Assembly: GCA_002189035.1 (NCBI GenBank)
Contig: NEEC01000021.1
Location: forward strand, 1,116,001-1,180,000
Origin: Utricularia gibba
Taxonomy: Eukaryota > Plantae > Magnoliophyta
Reading direction: 5' to 3'
Length of the DNA: 64,000 nt
Below are positions 1 through 17,538 of this stretch, one piece after another. A program made the translations under genes and the position numbers. The notes under the pieces are model-generated. The model was not told the origin of the DNA and did no database searches. It worked only from the letters and a program-made list of their open reading frames with translations. Numbering within the stretch: position 1 is the stretch's first letter; every line of letters begins with the position of its first letter.

Positions 1-3000
1 CGAGCTGCATATGTTTTGTGCATCAAAGCTTCACCTTGTAGGTCTCCAGAGGTATCTGTTTGTCCTTCTACAAGTTCCACAACATGACCCGCACCAATCT
101 GAGAAATATTTCTTGTTTGGTGCACAAGCATTGACTTCATGCATAGCTTATCAAATGTTGCTTTTGCCATAGCAACAACAGAATCAAGAAGTTCTACATA
201 TTTTAAGTCTCTGTAATGGCCATCACTGGGCATGAGCGCATAAAAATCAAGCAAGCGAACCTCAGGCAACCTTGGGTATACAGATTTCCCAAACATTAGG
301 CAGAATAAGATATAGTATATGTCAGGAGAATCATAGAAGCTCGGAAGTACCCTTGCTAAAGACTGGTAGCCTCCACTTGAACGAAACTTAAATGCAAATG
401 TAGGAGAAGATGTAAGGCTTACACCTAGAAGAGTCATGATCCATCGCATACTGGTTGGATGGACGCCCTCATCAAGAAAATAAGTAACTAGTTTTGATGA
501 CACAACTTTGTGCCACTGCTCAAGCAAGTCTTCGGGTTGAATGGTAACCTGGAGGTCAATTAGCATCTCAAGCAACATGTTTCTTACAATAATATGTTTT
601 CCCATTGGTTCTCGTGCAATACGTTCATCCAGCATTAGTTCAGGTGGATCAAATGTCATTATCACAAACCTTACAACAAGCTCCAATTCAGATGGAAGAA
701 ACCCATCCTCCAGAATAACTCCAAGTAGAACAACTAATTTTTCAAGTACAGGTACTTCAACATCACCCCTTTGTAATGTTACAAGTAGATGTTGAACAAG
801 GTTAATTCGACGCAGAATAGTCAGATTGTGATTTCTATACCAATGCATGGAGACAAGGTGCTCAAGAAAGCCAAGCAGAGCAATCTGAATAGAAACTGGG
901 GCTGTCACCCAAAGGGTCCAATCCAATAATACATGCTCAACCATATCAGGATTGGAGAGCACAATGCAGTTTGATGTTTCTGTAGGCATGGGCATAAACG
1001 TATTTTCCATTTCAGAGATTTGACTAAAAGAGTCTTTTGGTGCAGAGAAATCATCTCTCTCACCCTGTGAACCACCTGACGAAAATTCATCATGGAACTT
1101 TGACAAATTGACATCTTCCAAACTACCATCCCTCATGGACTCACCAGGAGAAAGAGGGTTTTGCAAATCCTTATTTTTTCTTGGTTCAGAAAAAGATGCT
1201 TCACATGCTGCGATTTTGAAAAAAATTTCAAGCGATTGCATGTCAAACAATGACATTCTTCTGTGCAGGAAAATCGACAGTAGGTGGTAGCCCCTGTACT
1301 TTTGCATGTCTCTCACATTTTGAGGATTCTGATGAAGTGCACATGCCAGCAATGTCAGTGACATGTGAAGCATGTCCCTGGTTTCTGCAGCTTCAACTAA
1401 GGCAAGTACAACAGCCATACCACCTATCGGCCGGATGGTATCACCAACAACACAATGCTTACAGATATAAATATCTCCAACAAATCGACCGAAACGCGGT
1501 ATCCCTATAATAAACCACAAACAAAAAGACATAAAGAATCAACGAAATCTGACAGTCTAATATTGAAAAAATGTAAACTTAAGCAGAAATAAGACAACAA
1601 TTAATTTCCTAACCACCAATAGGAGAAGCAGCAGCTGACAGAGTATCAACTAGATTGAGCATGGATACAGTTCCAGATGCTTTGAAAAATTCTGTACAAG
1701 TTCCATCAAATGCAAAAATCATTTTCCGACCCAACAACTGCAATGATAGATTCCTTAATTTGTCGGAATCCCAAACAATCCCACTGCAGTCGGCCTTAGA
1801 TTGCTTTGAAGAGATCTCAGACTTTTGAGCGTTGGAGGTCAAAGACAAGTCCGCTTCTAAAGACTCTAATATAGACATGCTCCCCCCTCCACATGCCTGA
1901 TGTGGAACGAATTGCAACAGATCTGTATCTAGAAAAAGCCCCTTGTATCCTCTTCCAAGTATGTACATAAAACATATTGACCCAGGCGTGAGTACCTCTT
2001 CAAAAAGGTAGCATGATCTGAGTCTCCATGAGATATCTGAAACTCTAGCACAAGTGACTGGGGTACCGATGGTGACCTGTAGAGATTTCCCAGCAGGTGA
2101 AGGAGAATATCCTAGCTTTCCCGTGTGCCTTAGTTTTCCATTAAGATACACATAAGCAATACTGGCTTGGAATAACCCAGCCAAGGCGTTGGGCTTACTG
2201 TGAACAACTGCAAGGTGATGCCATCGACCTTCATTGAGTTCCAAGCCTGTAAAAGTCAAGTAGGAAGAATTACTGGTAGCAAGGGTCAGTTGCCCATCTT
2301 CCTGTAATCTTAGTTCAGCGAAAAATGAGCTTCCATCGTCCACAGCTCCAACACTGAAGATTCGGAGAGTCTGGGATCCATGTACACCTGTTGTCTTGCT
2401 ATATAACTTTGGATTTGGAACTTTAGGACAATCACCCTCCTTTGCAGGTGATTTGAGAAGATTTTGAAACTGAAACCAACAAACAAAAGAATAACCAGCA
2501 GCAGGAGGCCACACCCTTTCTCCCAGTGGCACCTGAATCGAAGCATGCCCAATTTTGCTCATGTCAAACTCCACAAAAGGTGCAAGGGGCGCATCTTCTG
2601 ATCCCATCTCTGCAGAAGAAGCCAGTCTTCCCATCGTTTCAAAAAGAAAACGACCAGAACTTGCAAGTCTCAGTTGGAAAATACACCTTACAAGGAGTCG
2701 AAGCTCTGATACTGATAGCCTGTCAATCATGAATGCATCTTGGTTTAGTATATTTTGTTTGAGAATGGCAGTGAAATTGGGATTTCTGCTTGAAATATAA
2801 CTCTCATTACCTATTAGCACCAAGGACTTCCACAATTTTCAGTGCACGAGAAACCAATGGTGAAGAGCTTGACATGAATGGATGTACAGTTTCCAAAATA
2901 AGTTGCACACAGCCTAAGAGATTGGAAATAACAATTACTTGGCCAATCAAAAAAAGTAAAACAAGTCAAAACTTGATTCAGCTGTTTCCCACCTAGTGAT

Positions 3001-6000
3001 GAAAGATTTTCCTGATTGAAGGCACTGGCATGAGCAAGTTTCTGAATGAGATTCAGCAACTCAAGTTGCAGCTTTGGGGTGAATAACAACAGTGTACGTA
3101 AAAGTATTCTAACAGCAGCGGCATTGTAAACATGATGTTGGCAAGGGTCAAAAGAACCAGTTGGTGTAAGCAAGAAAAAATGAGACGATTCGGCTCCTGA
3201 ATGATCAAATGCAGCAGTAATATCTGGCATCATAAAGGGTGGAAGAATGATCTCCAAAGCAAGCTCCATGAACAACTGCACAACTTGGCGTTCACACTCA
3301 ACACAAATCAGACCAGAGTCTGACAGAAGATCAAAAAAGGTATGTGAAGTCAATATTGCCATCAGTTTTGTTCGGTTGACTGCATTGTCTGAGACTCCAG
3401 TGGTCATTACCCGCATCATATATGTGAACACCTTAATACATGATGTAAGAGATGTTTGAATCTTCAACTCTCCATCGGTCTGAAATGAATGAAGTGTAGT
3501 GAGTAACAAGGAAAATCCAGTTGCTTCACCAAAAACTCTCTGGGCTGGACAATTAACACCTAATACACGCCATACGGCTCCAAACAAATCACATTTGGCA
3601 TCATCTAATAGTGTAAATTGAGATCCCAATGTACTTGTGACCATCCCACTTTTCAAAATTTCAACCAGAGCGCCCAACTCTTCTGGATGAACCTGAAAAG
3701 AAAAAAAAAACAAAAGGCACACAGCAGAAATGTCAGCGGTAACTAATTCACTAATTCAAGAAATACAGGAAATCATTGAAACAACAAACTCAAGGATTAA
3801 AGTAATATTCAAAATGTAGAGTATTCAGAAACGGGAAAAGGTAAGTTTGTATTGATATCCCAACCTACTCTGAAAAGACTACATATAGGAATGAATACTT
3901 GCAATCACCAAGGAAGCAAAGAAATGGAACAGAAAATATTTACAGCATCAGTGGAGCTGAGAAGCAGAATAGACTGGCTGACCAAAAATGAAAAGAGCAC
4001 ATAACAAAAAGGCCGGCCATAAATGAACTATTATGGCCTAATTGTTGCAGAACCTATAGAAGTTACTCCACAAATCGCCAGAAAAGTCAAAGGGTCAACG
4101 GGTTAAGTTTGACTGCAATTAGTTGAAATGCGTTTGGATAACAAGGAGAAGTAAAAATCTCTCCTGAATTATTTTTAAAGAATCATAACTATAAAGAACA
4201 AAATGGCATACGAAGCATATAAAGGAAATGAATAGAGAATTTCATGCCTGTTTGGCGTCCTCAATTATCAAGCATGAAAGTAATCGAAGGACTCCTGAGC
4301 GGTGAATATCAGAAGCCAAAAATGGAAGTATGGTTGACACAGCATTAACCGAACGAAATAAATCTTGATTGGCTTCAGATTTTTTTAACAGGGAGACCAG
4401 ACATCCCAAGAAACAGCTATTGTTTCCAGAGTCTCAAAAAGGGGTAATTTTCCAGAACCTGTTTCCATGAGTTTTGGAGAAGAAAGAATTGCATCTTTTC
4501 CAGGCATCTTTTTCATGAGGCTGCTCATATCTTTTCTCTCTATATAGCCACTCTCACTCGTATGCTTACCAGATCCTAGTAGAAATTTATGCTGGGTGAT
4601 GTCATCTAGGAGAACCTCCAGTAGGCCAACTTCCCTTAGGATTTTCTTGTAAAGTTGGTCAAAGGATAGGAGTTTCACAAAGAATGACAAAATTGTGTGC
4701 TTCAATTCAGAGGTTACAGGTCGCTGCAGTAACAAGCAAAGTGAAAGCAACTCCTGTTCTGGAATAATATTCACTACAGTAACAGCATATTCAAGAATTT
4801 TCAAGATAATATCTTGGAGAGAGGTGGGAAAACCAGCCATATTTTGGATCAAGAGGGGAACCGTTCTCAGTTGCTGACATAGCTTGTAATTTTCAAGATG
4901 AGAGGAGAACATCCTAAACATTCTATTTATCACTTCTGCTTGCAGTTCAGCGGATTCTGCTTTAATTAAAATATCTTGCAAAACCTGTACAGCTTCTAAA
5001 TCTCGAACCTTGTCTCTATCCTTCTCCCAGAAGTCATCAGAAATCCTTTCTGAGGAGGAAGTACGATTTCTACCATGCCCATTAGGCTTTGTCTGCGAAG
5101 CTTTAGAGGATTTTAGTGCAGATGGTTCTAGAGAATATGAGGGACCTATTTGAGCAAAATTAACTATGGCATCAAGAAGCCTGCTAAGCGTCGGAGAGAG
5201 CTTGTCAGAAGACTTGGCTTCCTCTTTGTCATCTGATTTCACTCTTTCTATTTCTTCATGTACGCTGGCCAAAGCAGAATCATCAGAACTTATTGAATAT
5301 AAATTATGAGCTCGTTTATCCATTGACAAGGCCAATGCAAACTGCACCAAGAAGTGATAGCCATGAGCATTTTGAATGTCCTCTCTCAGTCTGACGCCAC
5401 CAGCCTCTACAAATCAGGAATTTCATATAATAAAAATTCATAGCATTCAGGAGAATATCACAAACCCAATAATATCAATCACTCAAAGGTGCAGGAAGAA
5501 TCTAGAGCCCTTTCAAGCTACAGAGTTATATACTCTAGGTAAGTAAGACTAAAAGCACTGCATTGATTCCACTATATGATGTATGCATCTTACCAGGCCT
5601 ATAAGAAAGTTCCACGCATTGCAGAAGCAAATCAATAATACCCATAGTATATGCAGGATCACCACAGTCCGGGTCAAAATCCTTGACAGCAGTTAGAAGA
5701 ACTTTGATCTGTCAGATGAAAAGAAAATTATAAATCAAAATCTGGACGTTTTTGTTACCAGGAATGAATTAAGCAATTATGCTAGGGAATTAGAAGTGAA
5801 TGAGATAAATCAAGAAAAACTTTATGAACTGGAAGTAGGGGAATTAAGATTATCCATGTACAACGACCACTAAAAAATGCCTTAGCATTCCCATGTCACA
5901 GTAATATGTAAATGAGTTTACAATAACATAAACAGTAAGTATCCACATACCATGTGATGCTTGCGTATATATTTTGCAGTGCAACCACTGTCATTAGCTA

Positions 6001-8639
6001 AAACAAGGCCAAGGATCTAAAGTACCACAGAGAGCGACAGCCATCAGTTGAAAGTTGGGGAAAACTGGTCAAATTCACCCATACCCCACACCAACCCCCC
6101 AAATATGGGAAAAAACACAGGGTGCAAGCCTGGAGAATGACTGGTACCTGCATAGCATGCCGATGCAGCTGAATGGCATGCAAAGGAATAAGCCCTTGCT
6201 TGTATCTAGAGAACGCCACTAAAGAACCATTGGCGACGATTTGAAAGAGCATCTCAAGTGAATTATCCTCGATTAGACTTTGAGATGCTGAAGGATGATC
6301 AGCCAATGCCTTCATGATGTGTACAACGCTTGCTTCCACCTTTCAAATGGAAAGCAAATGGACTCGTAAATCAAACATCAATTAGAAATAAGTCCAAACT
6401 GGGCTAACGGCCAGCACATAGAATAAAAACTGTGATTCACATTTGAGGCACAAAAGTACAACAATTCTGTTTTGAAAAGAATATTCATATTGTTGCAATC
6501 ATTTAATCGTTTAATTCTGAAGCAGTGGAAAATCTATTTTTTTAATAAAAATTACTCCAACCACAAATTTTAGCTTCCCCGAACATATGCATAGAAAACT
6601 CATAAAGCCCAGAAATACTGGATATTTTCAAAATTGTTTTTTTTTTTTTGGCACACTGTCTAGGAATATGAGAAATAATTACCTCAAGCTGTAAGGGAGG
6701 CCCAGATTCGTGATTTTCATTAACTAACAACAATTTTTCATTTTTTGGTTCTTCTGAAGAACAACCGTTGTCAAGAGCAGTAAGGGCATCTAGAACATTA
6801 ATAAGGCAGCACAAGATTCCAGAATCGATGATGGATTGTTTATCAATAGACTGTAGACAGAACAAAGAAATGAAAAGAAAAATGTAATTAGCAAGTGGTA
6901 AAAACTCAAAGAGAACAAATACGTGAAAAGCCACAAAAGCAAAACAAAATCTTAGAAAACACATTTACGAATTGATCAATACTTAAATAGGATAGTAAGT
7001 AAAAATAGTCACGCTCAATAATACCAACAAACTAACACCACAGAAAATCCTCATACATGTGAATTACAAGATAAAAGACACAAAATTCATGAAACATCTC
7101 ACATACAAGACTACAATAAATTACTTCAAGGAAACAATAATAAGAGAATGTGAACAATTTGCAACATAATGCAATGCTGTCAAAAATATTCATGAGTTTT
7201 TCGAGCCATAGATAATAAGTAAACGTTCAGGTAATCACTCATGTAGAATTTTTAATGTAGAAATCAACTGGGGTTTAATTTCGTATGGACACATGTGTGT
7301 GATGCACAAACCCCAGAGACAAGGACCTCCACCGCACGCAATAAATTTGCACCAGGTCTAATGCCATCCTGTGGAGAAAAATATATATATATATATATAA
7401 ATACCAAAAAAACACGAAGTACGAGCATAACATAACAAAGGAAGCAAGCTAATGAAGTATAAATATTAAAGGAACCTTGGTGATTTCTGAGTAAAATATC
7501 AAGATTTTCTCAGCTTCTAATGTTCTTTTTTTGCTGCTAAGCTTTAGTTTCTCTATATCTGATACAAGTGCCCTCCCGAGCACGAAAGAAAAAATATGTG
7601 TCTCTACCAACCTGCGGTCAAAAGCATAAGATTGTTTTTCATCTGGAGAATCATTTAGCGTTTAAAATGTGTTCTTCAATCATGGAGAAGATTCTATGCA
7701 ATTATCATGCAAACTCAGATTGATGAACTTCGCCATGGTGGTATACCAGCATGATGCAAATATCATCAAGACAACAAACATAAAAACACAAATCCAAACA
7801 GAAAAAAAAATCAGTATACCCAAAGGAAAAGTTAAATGGGACAACTGCAAAAGAAAGTTCCTCTTACATGGAAAGCAACTGAGCAACATTGTTGTGTTGC
7901 TTCTCTAGTCTACAGAAAATTTCTATTGTCCACATCAAAGCTTTTTCCTTTTGCTGCAACACACGAAATAGGTATTACATTAGAAGCAGCAATTGGTAAT
8001 ACAGGTGCCGTTCTTATAGGAGGATGTTCGTCTGCTGCACATGCATTTGAGGATAAAGAAACATAAACAAACTTTCCAACTCTATGAAACTCCAACTATA
8101 CCTTTTCAGAATTAGAAGAACGAAACACTTCCCAGTACCTCTTGAAGTCCAATTCCAATTCATGTTTGTCTCTGCTTTCAAGTAATCACAAAGAAACATG
8201 ATGGACTCTGTTAGTGTTCATGTACCAACACGGAAATGCACCCAAAAATTGCCAAGAACACATCTTGGATGTACTTCTCAACAAAATGAACTACTTTGAG
8301 AATGGACAGCAGTCCCACATAAGTGGCAGTATCATAACAAGGAGCGAAGAATTTGATTCTTCATCTGATAAAATCTGAATCATTTACTCCTTCGCCCAAG
8401 AAAAATCAAACAAAGTTGTAACTTGAAATAAACATACCGACCTTGAAGAAACAGTAAAATAAAAAATCAGACCTTGAAGACAAGGACCCGGAATCTTCAT
8501 TAGGCGAAAACGAAGTGCTGGCATCGTTGGAGCTATTTTCTTTGGAAGGGGAAGACAATGGAGAGGACGAAGGCGATGCTGCAGTCTGAGAAAGACCAAC
8601 TTTTTCCTTAATGTCTTTAAACAACGATGCCCATTTCAT
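1..8639 (-). CDS. SPI: BEACH-domain protein, SPIRRIG/BCHA1 type; multi-exon, 5' part only (gene continues past position 1)
   Basis: Starts MKWASLFKDIKEKVGLSQ (ATG 8637-8639). Exons read RDKHELELDFKRYW, LVETHIFSFVLGRA, SIDKQSIIDSGILCC, a ConA/LamG-like segment (WPPAAGYSFVCWFQF...GRWHHLAVVHSKPNALAGLFQAS) and GIPRFGR...YRNHNLTILRRINLVQHLLVTLQRGD, matching Arabidopsis SPI as recalled. One -1 frameshift near 4403; one GC-AG intron at 3693-4247. Confidence 0.95.
7380..7399. repeat. (AT)n microsatellite in an SPI intron
   Basis: atatatatatatatatata directly visible. Confidence 0.9.
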
Positions 8640-9188
8640 TGTATTATTCCAACTTGATTCCCAGACGAACAACAACAAAATCCTCAGCTACCACAACACA
8701 ATTCTCTCATCCGAAAGCCAACCCCTCAACGCATTCCTAACACCCGCGATCAGATCCACCATCCAAAGCTTCCTAAACCTATTCTAGAACAGCCCCACCT
8801 CCCTATAGAAATCAAAACGAACAAGCACCTAGAAAATCCAATGTGCTCCAGCAGAGTGAAATCAGGAATTAAGAGGCAAGATCCATGCGGACAAGTCCTC
8901 CGCGCTTATGTATCCAAACTAATTCTTGTAATCCAAGACAAGACCGAAAGACAAATATTTCGGTATTTTTCTCTCTCCGTCTCCCCTTTACAAACGAACA
9001 GAACCACCTAAAAATGCGAGTAGAAAGAGGATTACGAAGAACTCGCTCGGATTTCGCCCTATAGATTTGGGGAAGAAACAACCAAAAAACAAAGTTTGAT
9101 TTTTTGAACAAGAAGCAGAACAAACACCTCGTTTTCAGACGATGGCTGCCCCGCGCCTTGTTTCTCACTCTTAATTACGCTAATTACG

Positions 9189-9218
9189 CTCTCTCCCTCT
9201 CTCTCTCTCCTCTCTCTG
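9189..9218. repeat. (CT)n/GAGA-type tract upstream of SPI
   Basis: ctctccctctctctctctcctctctct, in the 5' region of the minus-strand SPI gene. Confidence 0.7.
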
Positions 9219-10726
9219 TAGAATCCAGTTTAATTATTTTTCTTCCAATTAAATTAAATACATTTGACGAAATAAGATTAAATAGCTGAATTTTTTTTAT
9301 TTTTTAACAATAAAAAAATTAAAAATAACTAAATTTAATTATAAAATTTAAGTGCATCTAATTTAATAACCTATTCATTCATATTAATATAAATTATAGA
9401 ATATATTAATATTTATCATTCATAATCATTAATTGTTTATAAATTATATTTACTCTAGTAATTGTGATAATTAATTAAATTATTTGACGTTTATTTTATT
9501 TTTAAATAGTTGAAATTTTTAAGTAAAACAGGAATAATTTTTTTTAAAAAAAGAATAATTTAATTATCAGAAGACCGGATGATGCCACGTCAGCTCCATA
9601 GACATTGAAATCAAAGTAGTTAGTAGACGTTACGACGAGGGTCACCTGCTCTTAAATTCAACAACACCACTATTAATCTACAAGTAAAAATATTACATTC
9701 ATTATCAACCTATAAATTATAAATTTAAATTTAAATATTAATAAAATAAAGTATATAATAATGTTGAATTATGTTCTTTATTAAAAAAATACAATTTATG
9801 AATTATTAATAAGTATAACTGTAAATAAAAAAAGTATTTAATAGTTTAAAGTGGTATGAACGAATAATTAATTTATTGAATATTTTGAAAAGTCATCCCA
9901 ATTTTATAGGCATAACTAGCTATATCTAAATTTTTGTTCAACAAATATTTTTATTTGATTATAATATATATTATTATACTAATATCATTTAAATAATATA
10001 TACATCAAGTACATTTTAAGAATCTTAGTTCAGGTACAATTAAATCATTTTGAATTGTGAATCGTTAATGATAATGATTAAATTAAATTAAAATTATTTT
10101 AAAATAAAAATAAATGAAATACAATATTCAATCATGATTTTGTTGGAAATTTTGGTATTGAAGGAGTATATAATTTCATATTGCTAGTTGAAATACATTC
10201 AATTACTTTATATGGAATGAAATTACTTTAATATTTATGGTTTTGAAAATGAGCTATATATCACATGTATACAGAATCTAATTTATTAGATTAGGAGAGT
10301 CATCGAAACCTAGAAGGCTTACGTGCACAAAAGGATGCAAATCCGATCCTAAAAAATTTTTAGACTTTGTTTGATATATAAGAGGTAATATATAAAAAAA
10401 GAATATATTGCAACATAATTTTATCACAACTCGTATTCTTTCGTTATTTTATCTCATATTCATGATATAAATTATCTTACCTATCAAACATTCTATTATT
10501 CTTTTCATATTTAAATATTTCATTTATCTTCTCTACTAAACACACTCTAACGCTCACAACAAAATCGATTAGGATTAAACGTTGATATATCAAAATAATG
10601 GACATCATGTTGTTATTCTGGTTGATTAGGATCATCTTCGAGTACATAAACTTCCAACTAACAGACAACCAGGAACACAACATGCTTTCCATTTCCTACA
10701 CAAGCATCCTGTCTACTTGGCCTCTA

Positions 10727-13442
<2,716 letters not shown>

Positions 13443-16400
13443 TTTCCTACAACTAGGGATGCAGGAGAAGAAGATCACGAGTTAGTGGGAAACCAAACAG
13501 AGAAGATGAAAACCAACTGAAAAACATGAAAATTCTAGTGGTTAAGCAAAAGTCACAGCACACATTGAGCTTGAAAGCATACGGGAAGCTTCAAAAAAGT
13601 ATATTCTAACGAAAAGCATATTCATCTTCTTAAACACTCAGAAACGGGCATACCACATTGCAGAGAACCAACAACTTCAACTGGGTCTCAAAAAGACGGG
13701 AAATTTCGATTCAAGAAGAAGGGCATTCTCCGCCCAGTAAAACGAAAAAAGCAAAACACATTCTGCAAAAAAAAAAATGCTCAACTTCGGGCCAAGACTG
13801 CACCTTGAGTGAGTGTACCCAGACAAAATGCAGATCTTCTAACACAGCATGTAGATAGACTGAGTCAAAGAAAACAAGGGAAATACGACGAGGTCCATTC
13901 TGAACCTGCTGAAGAAAGTCTGTGAACAGAAAAAGATGGCGAAGAAACCGAGTGAGCGGCAAAAGGAAACAACCCCCACAAATAAAAAGAAGGGGGGGTG
14001 ATTTCCAAATTGTGACAGAACGTGATATCTCAACTCCGCAACCATAAAAGCAAGGAAAATGAGATGCTACCCAACTTGCAGTTTCCCCGTACAAAGTGAA
14101 ACGATGGATGCCTATCCACTGTTGTGTCCCTCTTGTGCTATATCTCACTCTCCGCCATTTTTGTTACAGTACATATGGGTAAAAAGGAAGCTCTTCTTGA
14201 AAAAAACCTCAAGCCCGAGTCAGCAAGAGAGAGGAGTTAGGACACGCATACAAATCTTCCGTCCGTGGGTCTGTATCTGTCTGTTTTTGTGTTGTAATCA
14301 AATGTCTTCAGCAAATTATTCAATCCTCCATGATTCCATTCCTTAAAACGAGTTACACTACCGTTTATCATTCATGTAATTAGAACACGTGCAACTTTTG
14401 TTTTAAAAAGAGTTTGAACCTAAAAATGTTTTTTATTTCTAAAAATTTAGAGAGATAAATATAATAAACTCATGATATTTCATTTATATGATATTGTCTA
14501 TTTTAAACATATAATTATAACAATTCTATGTTTTTTCTATCTTTAACTTAATTTCGTAAAAAAATCACACAATTTCAAATTACTTCAAAACAAACACGTT
14601 TAATTTTAAAGTTCCTATTAAAGGAGCTCTATACTGTTTAAAAAATATTTAAAAAATTATATGATTATTTTATTCAATTCATCTTATTTTATGTTCATGG
14701 CGGTCAAATTTGCTTATAATACATACATCCTTTCTTATGCCAATTTCTGTTAACTTATTTTTTATTATAAAAAATGATTCTGTATTATAAAAAAATTATA
14801 GAAACAACAATCTAAGATATTAAAGTAAAAATTCAAACATTTGTGGCGTTTCTTTATTATTAAAATCTAACATTATTGGAGTTGGAGTTGATTTCAATAA
14901 TTTTTACAATTAATGCATCACATACAGAAATATGCATTATTACAAAATAAATGTGTAATAAACAGTCTTTCTTAACTTTGAAAGATTGGACTGGATTAAA
15001 ATTTTGATTTAATGGTATTATATTATCATGGTTGATAAACTAAACACTATGTTCTTATATAAATTATAAAAATCTATTTATTCGAGTTTTACTCGTTTAT
15101 TTTTCGAACATGAGCCAAATCCACCTTGATTCAAGATGATTTTGAAAAATAACCATTCTACTCATTGTATATGTAAAATTTTGATCTTAATATATGATAG
15201 AGAACGTTAGGATGATTAAATTTTAAAAAGACTCTCTTGGTTCAGGAATACACGAATTTGATATCAAACACTTATTGAATCAGTTCATTTGCAAACCTAT
15301 TTAAAACATGAAAAATTTGATTCAATCTTATTTATTATTTCGATTATTTGCGTGCAATGTAGTTTATTAGGTAGGGAGTGAAAATGCACATTACGCCCTC
15401 GATATCCATAACTCGGCAACAACTCGTATGGTACTTGTTGTGTCCTTTTCCATGTAACGTTTAAACTATCATATAAATGATAGTTATATGTTAACAAAAT
15501 AATTGACTTTTTTCCTGTACATAATTGGGTGAAATGTACTTGTATTGGAAGTTGCAACTGCTTGAAAATGCCAATCATCTTATGATTATAATGATTATTA
15601 TATACTAATTAGAATTTGGATAACTGCAAGTTGGGCCCACTGTTGATATTTGATGTTGCCAACGACCTGCATAGGAAGAAAGTTGGATCCGGCCCGGTTT
15701 GACTTTTCCAAATTAAGATTTATTTATTATTTAAAATCAATTTTTAAATAATGTTTTTAATAGAATAGAAATTGGGTTTCTAAATCCTTTTAAAATAGAA
15801 TTTGCTCATATTTTCGTAATAAAATTATTTTTAAAAACGTTTTTCAAAATCATAATCCGTTATGAATAGATCCCACAATTCTGTTTAATTATATTATTTC
15901 AAAATTATATTTAAAAAAGTGATGTTAAAAAATTGAATTTTTATTTAAAAGGTGTGTTCTAGAGGAGATGAAAGCAACAAAAGAAGGTTGATGGTGGATT
16001 GGAGCCTAACCTCTCACGTCTAATGATAACGCGTGTCTAATCTCGTTTCTTTTTCTTCAATAATCTTCTTATGAAGTCGATATCCCATAAGGAAAAAGAA
16101 TAATTTATCTTTTCATCTTTTCAGAATTGTATCAAACACGTATCTCAAATTTAAATACACAATAAATATGAATCACATTCAAAAAAATATTAAATTTAAT
16201 TAATTAACAATGATTCATAATCTTTTATATATTTAACCATATTTCTATAATATTTCAATATTGAATAGTTTAGCTTTAATACTTGATTTTAAGTTGAATT
16301 GACATTGATCCAATTATAATTTTTTAACGATTATAATTAGCATTCGAGTTATGGTTTAGTTTAATTTTTGTCCAAATCTAATGTATCTTTTGTTTTTTTG

Positions 16401-17538
16401 TTAATCGAAAGTCATATCAGCATAAACTCATATTAGTCACCCAGATCCTAATATAAGTCAAAATTTTTAACACCGTGTTAAATTAAAGATTTAAAATTAA
16501 ATGAACATATATATATAATTAAATTACATAAAAAAATATAAATCACATTATAAAAAATTAGATACAACGAATTACTAAAGATTCATAATATCTTATATAT
16601 CTAATCATATCTCTTTAATCTTTCAAAGTGAGATTGTTTTATTGTAATAAGCTACCATGTGCTAATCGGTAATAATAAAGTCCCCCATGTACACCGACTA
16701 ACATTAACAAATATTATCCGATTTATAACCTAAGAAATACCTTATGAATATTCAGACCCTTGAGCCTTCGTTCTAACACCGCATGCTACTTTTGTCGCCC
16801 GACGTGATGAGCATGGCATATGGCATGGCGACCGAAGGTACCCAAACCACACAAAAGGCCGAGAGGCTCGTAGGAGGGCTTGTCGGGGCTCGCGCCCGTG
16901 AGCCCGTGACGTCACACCACGCCCTTGGCGTCTTCTCACTCAATGATATGGCCGTACTAAATTAATTCTTTTTATTTTTTCGAATATTTTGAAATATAAG
17001 TAAAATTATTAAACCTAATTTAACACATCATAAAAAGAATCATTAGAAATATATAATTAAATCAAAAAAATGAATTAAATCCATTTTTAAAACTCTGATT
17101 CCAGCAAAATAAGTCTGATTGTTGAATAATGTGGGACCCGCAATCACGGGGCACCAAGACCTTTCCTGACTTGGAGTCAAATCGTGACACCAAGCACCTT
17201 CTATTATTGGCATGATTATGACTTGGAAAAATTATTTTTAAGAAAAAATAAATTTCTATTTTCCATTTATTAGAAGTTGAGGTTTTATAGTTTTTTTTTT
17301 AAAAAAAATCAATGTTTCTAAATTTTTAAATTTTTTCAAAACATAAATTATTCGCATTTGATAATAAATTTACTTTTTTTTTTCAAAATAAAAGGTATTT
17401 CAAATAGAATATAAGTTGTTGTTATTACAAGTTCTATTTGTAAATTAGTTTCTTATGTGTTGCATTTAATGACCAAATAAATAACGGAAAATTTTTTTAT
17501 AAAGCAGCAAGCCCCATTTTAGAACCCACGAAAGCAAA

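Noticed and set aside
9300-10500. Very AT-rich intergenic tracts (also 14400-16700, 24600-25560, 56000-57200)
   Set aside because: No TIR/TSD, Helitron end or ORF could be defined beyond those reported. No tRNA, rRNA or snoRNA signature was seen anywhere in the window.
13658-14346. ORFs upstream of the NEK start
   Set aside because: They lie in the probable 5'UTR, leader intron and promoter; no homology recognised.
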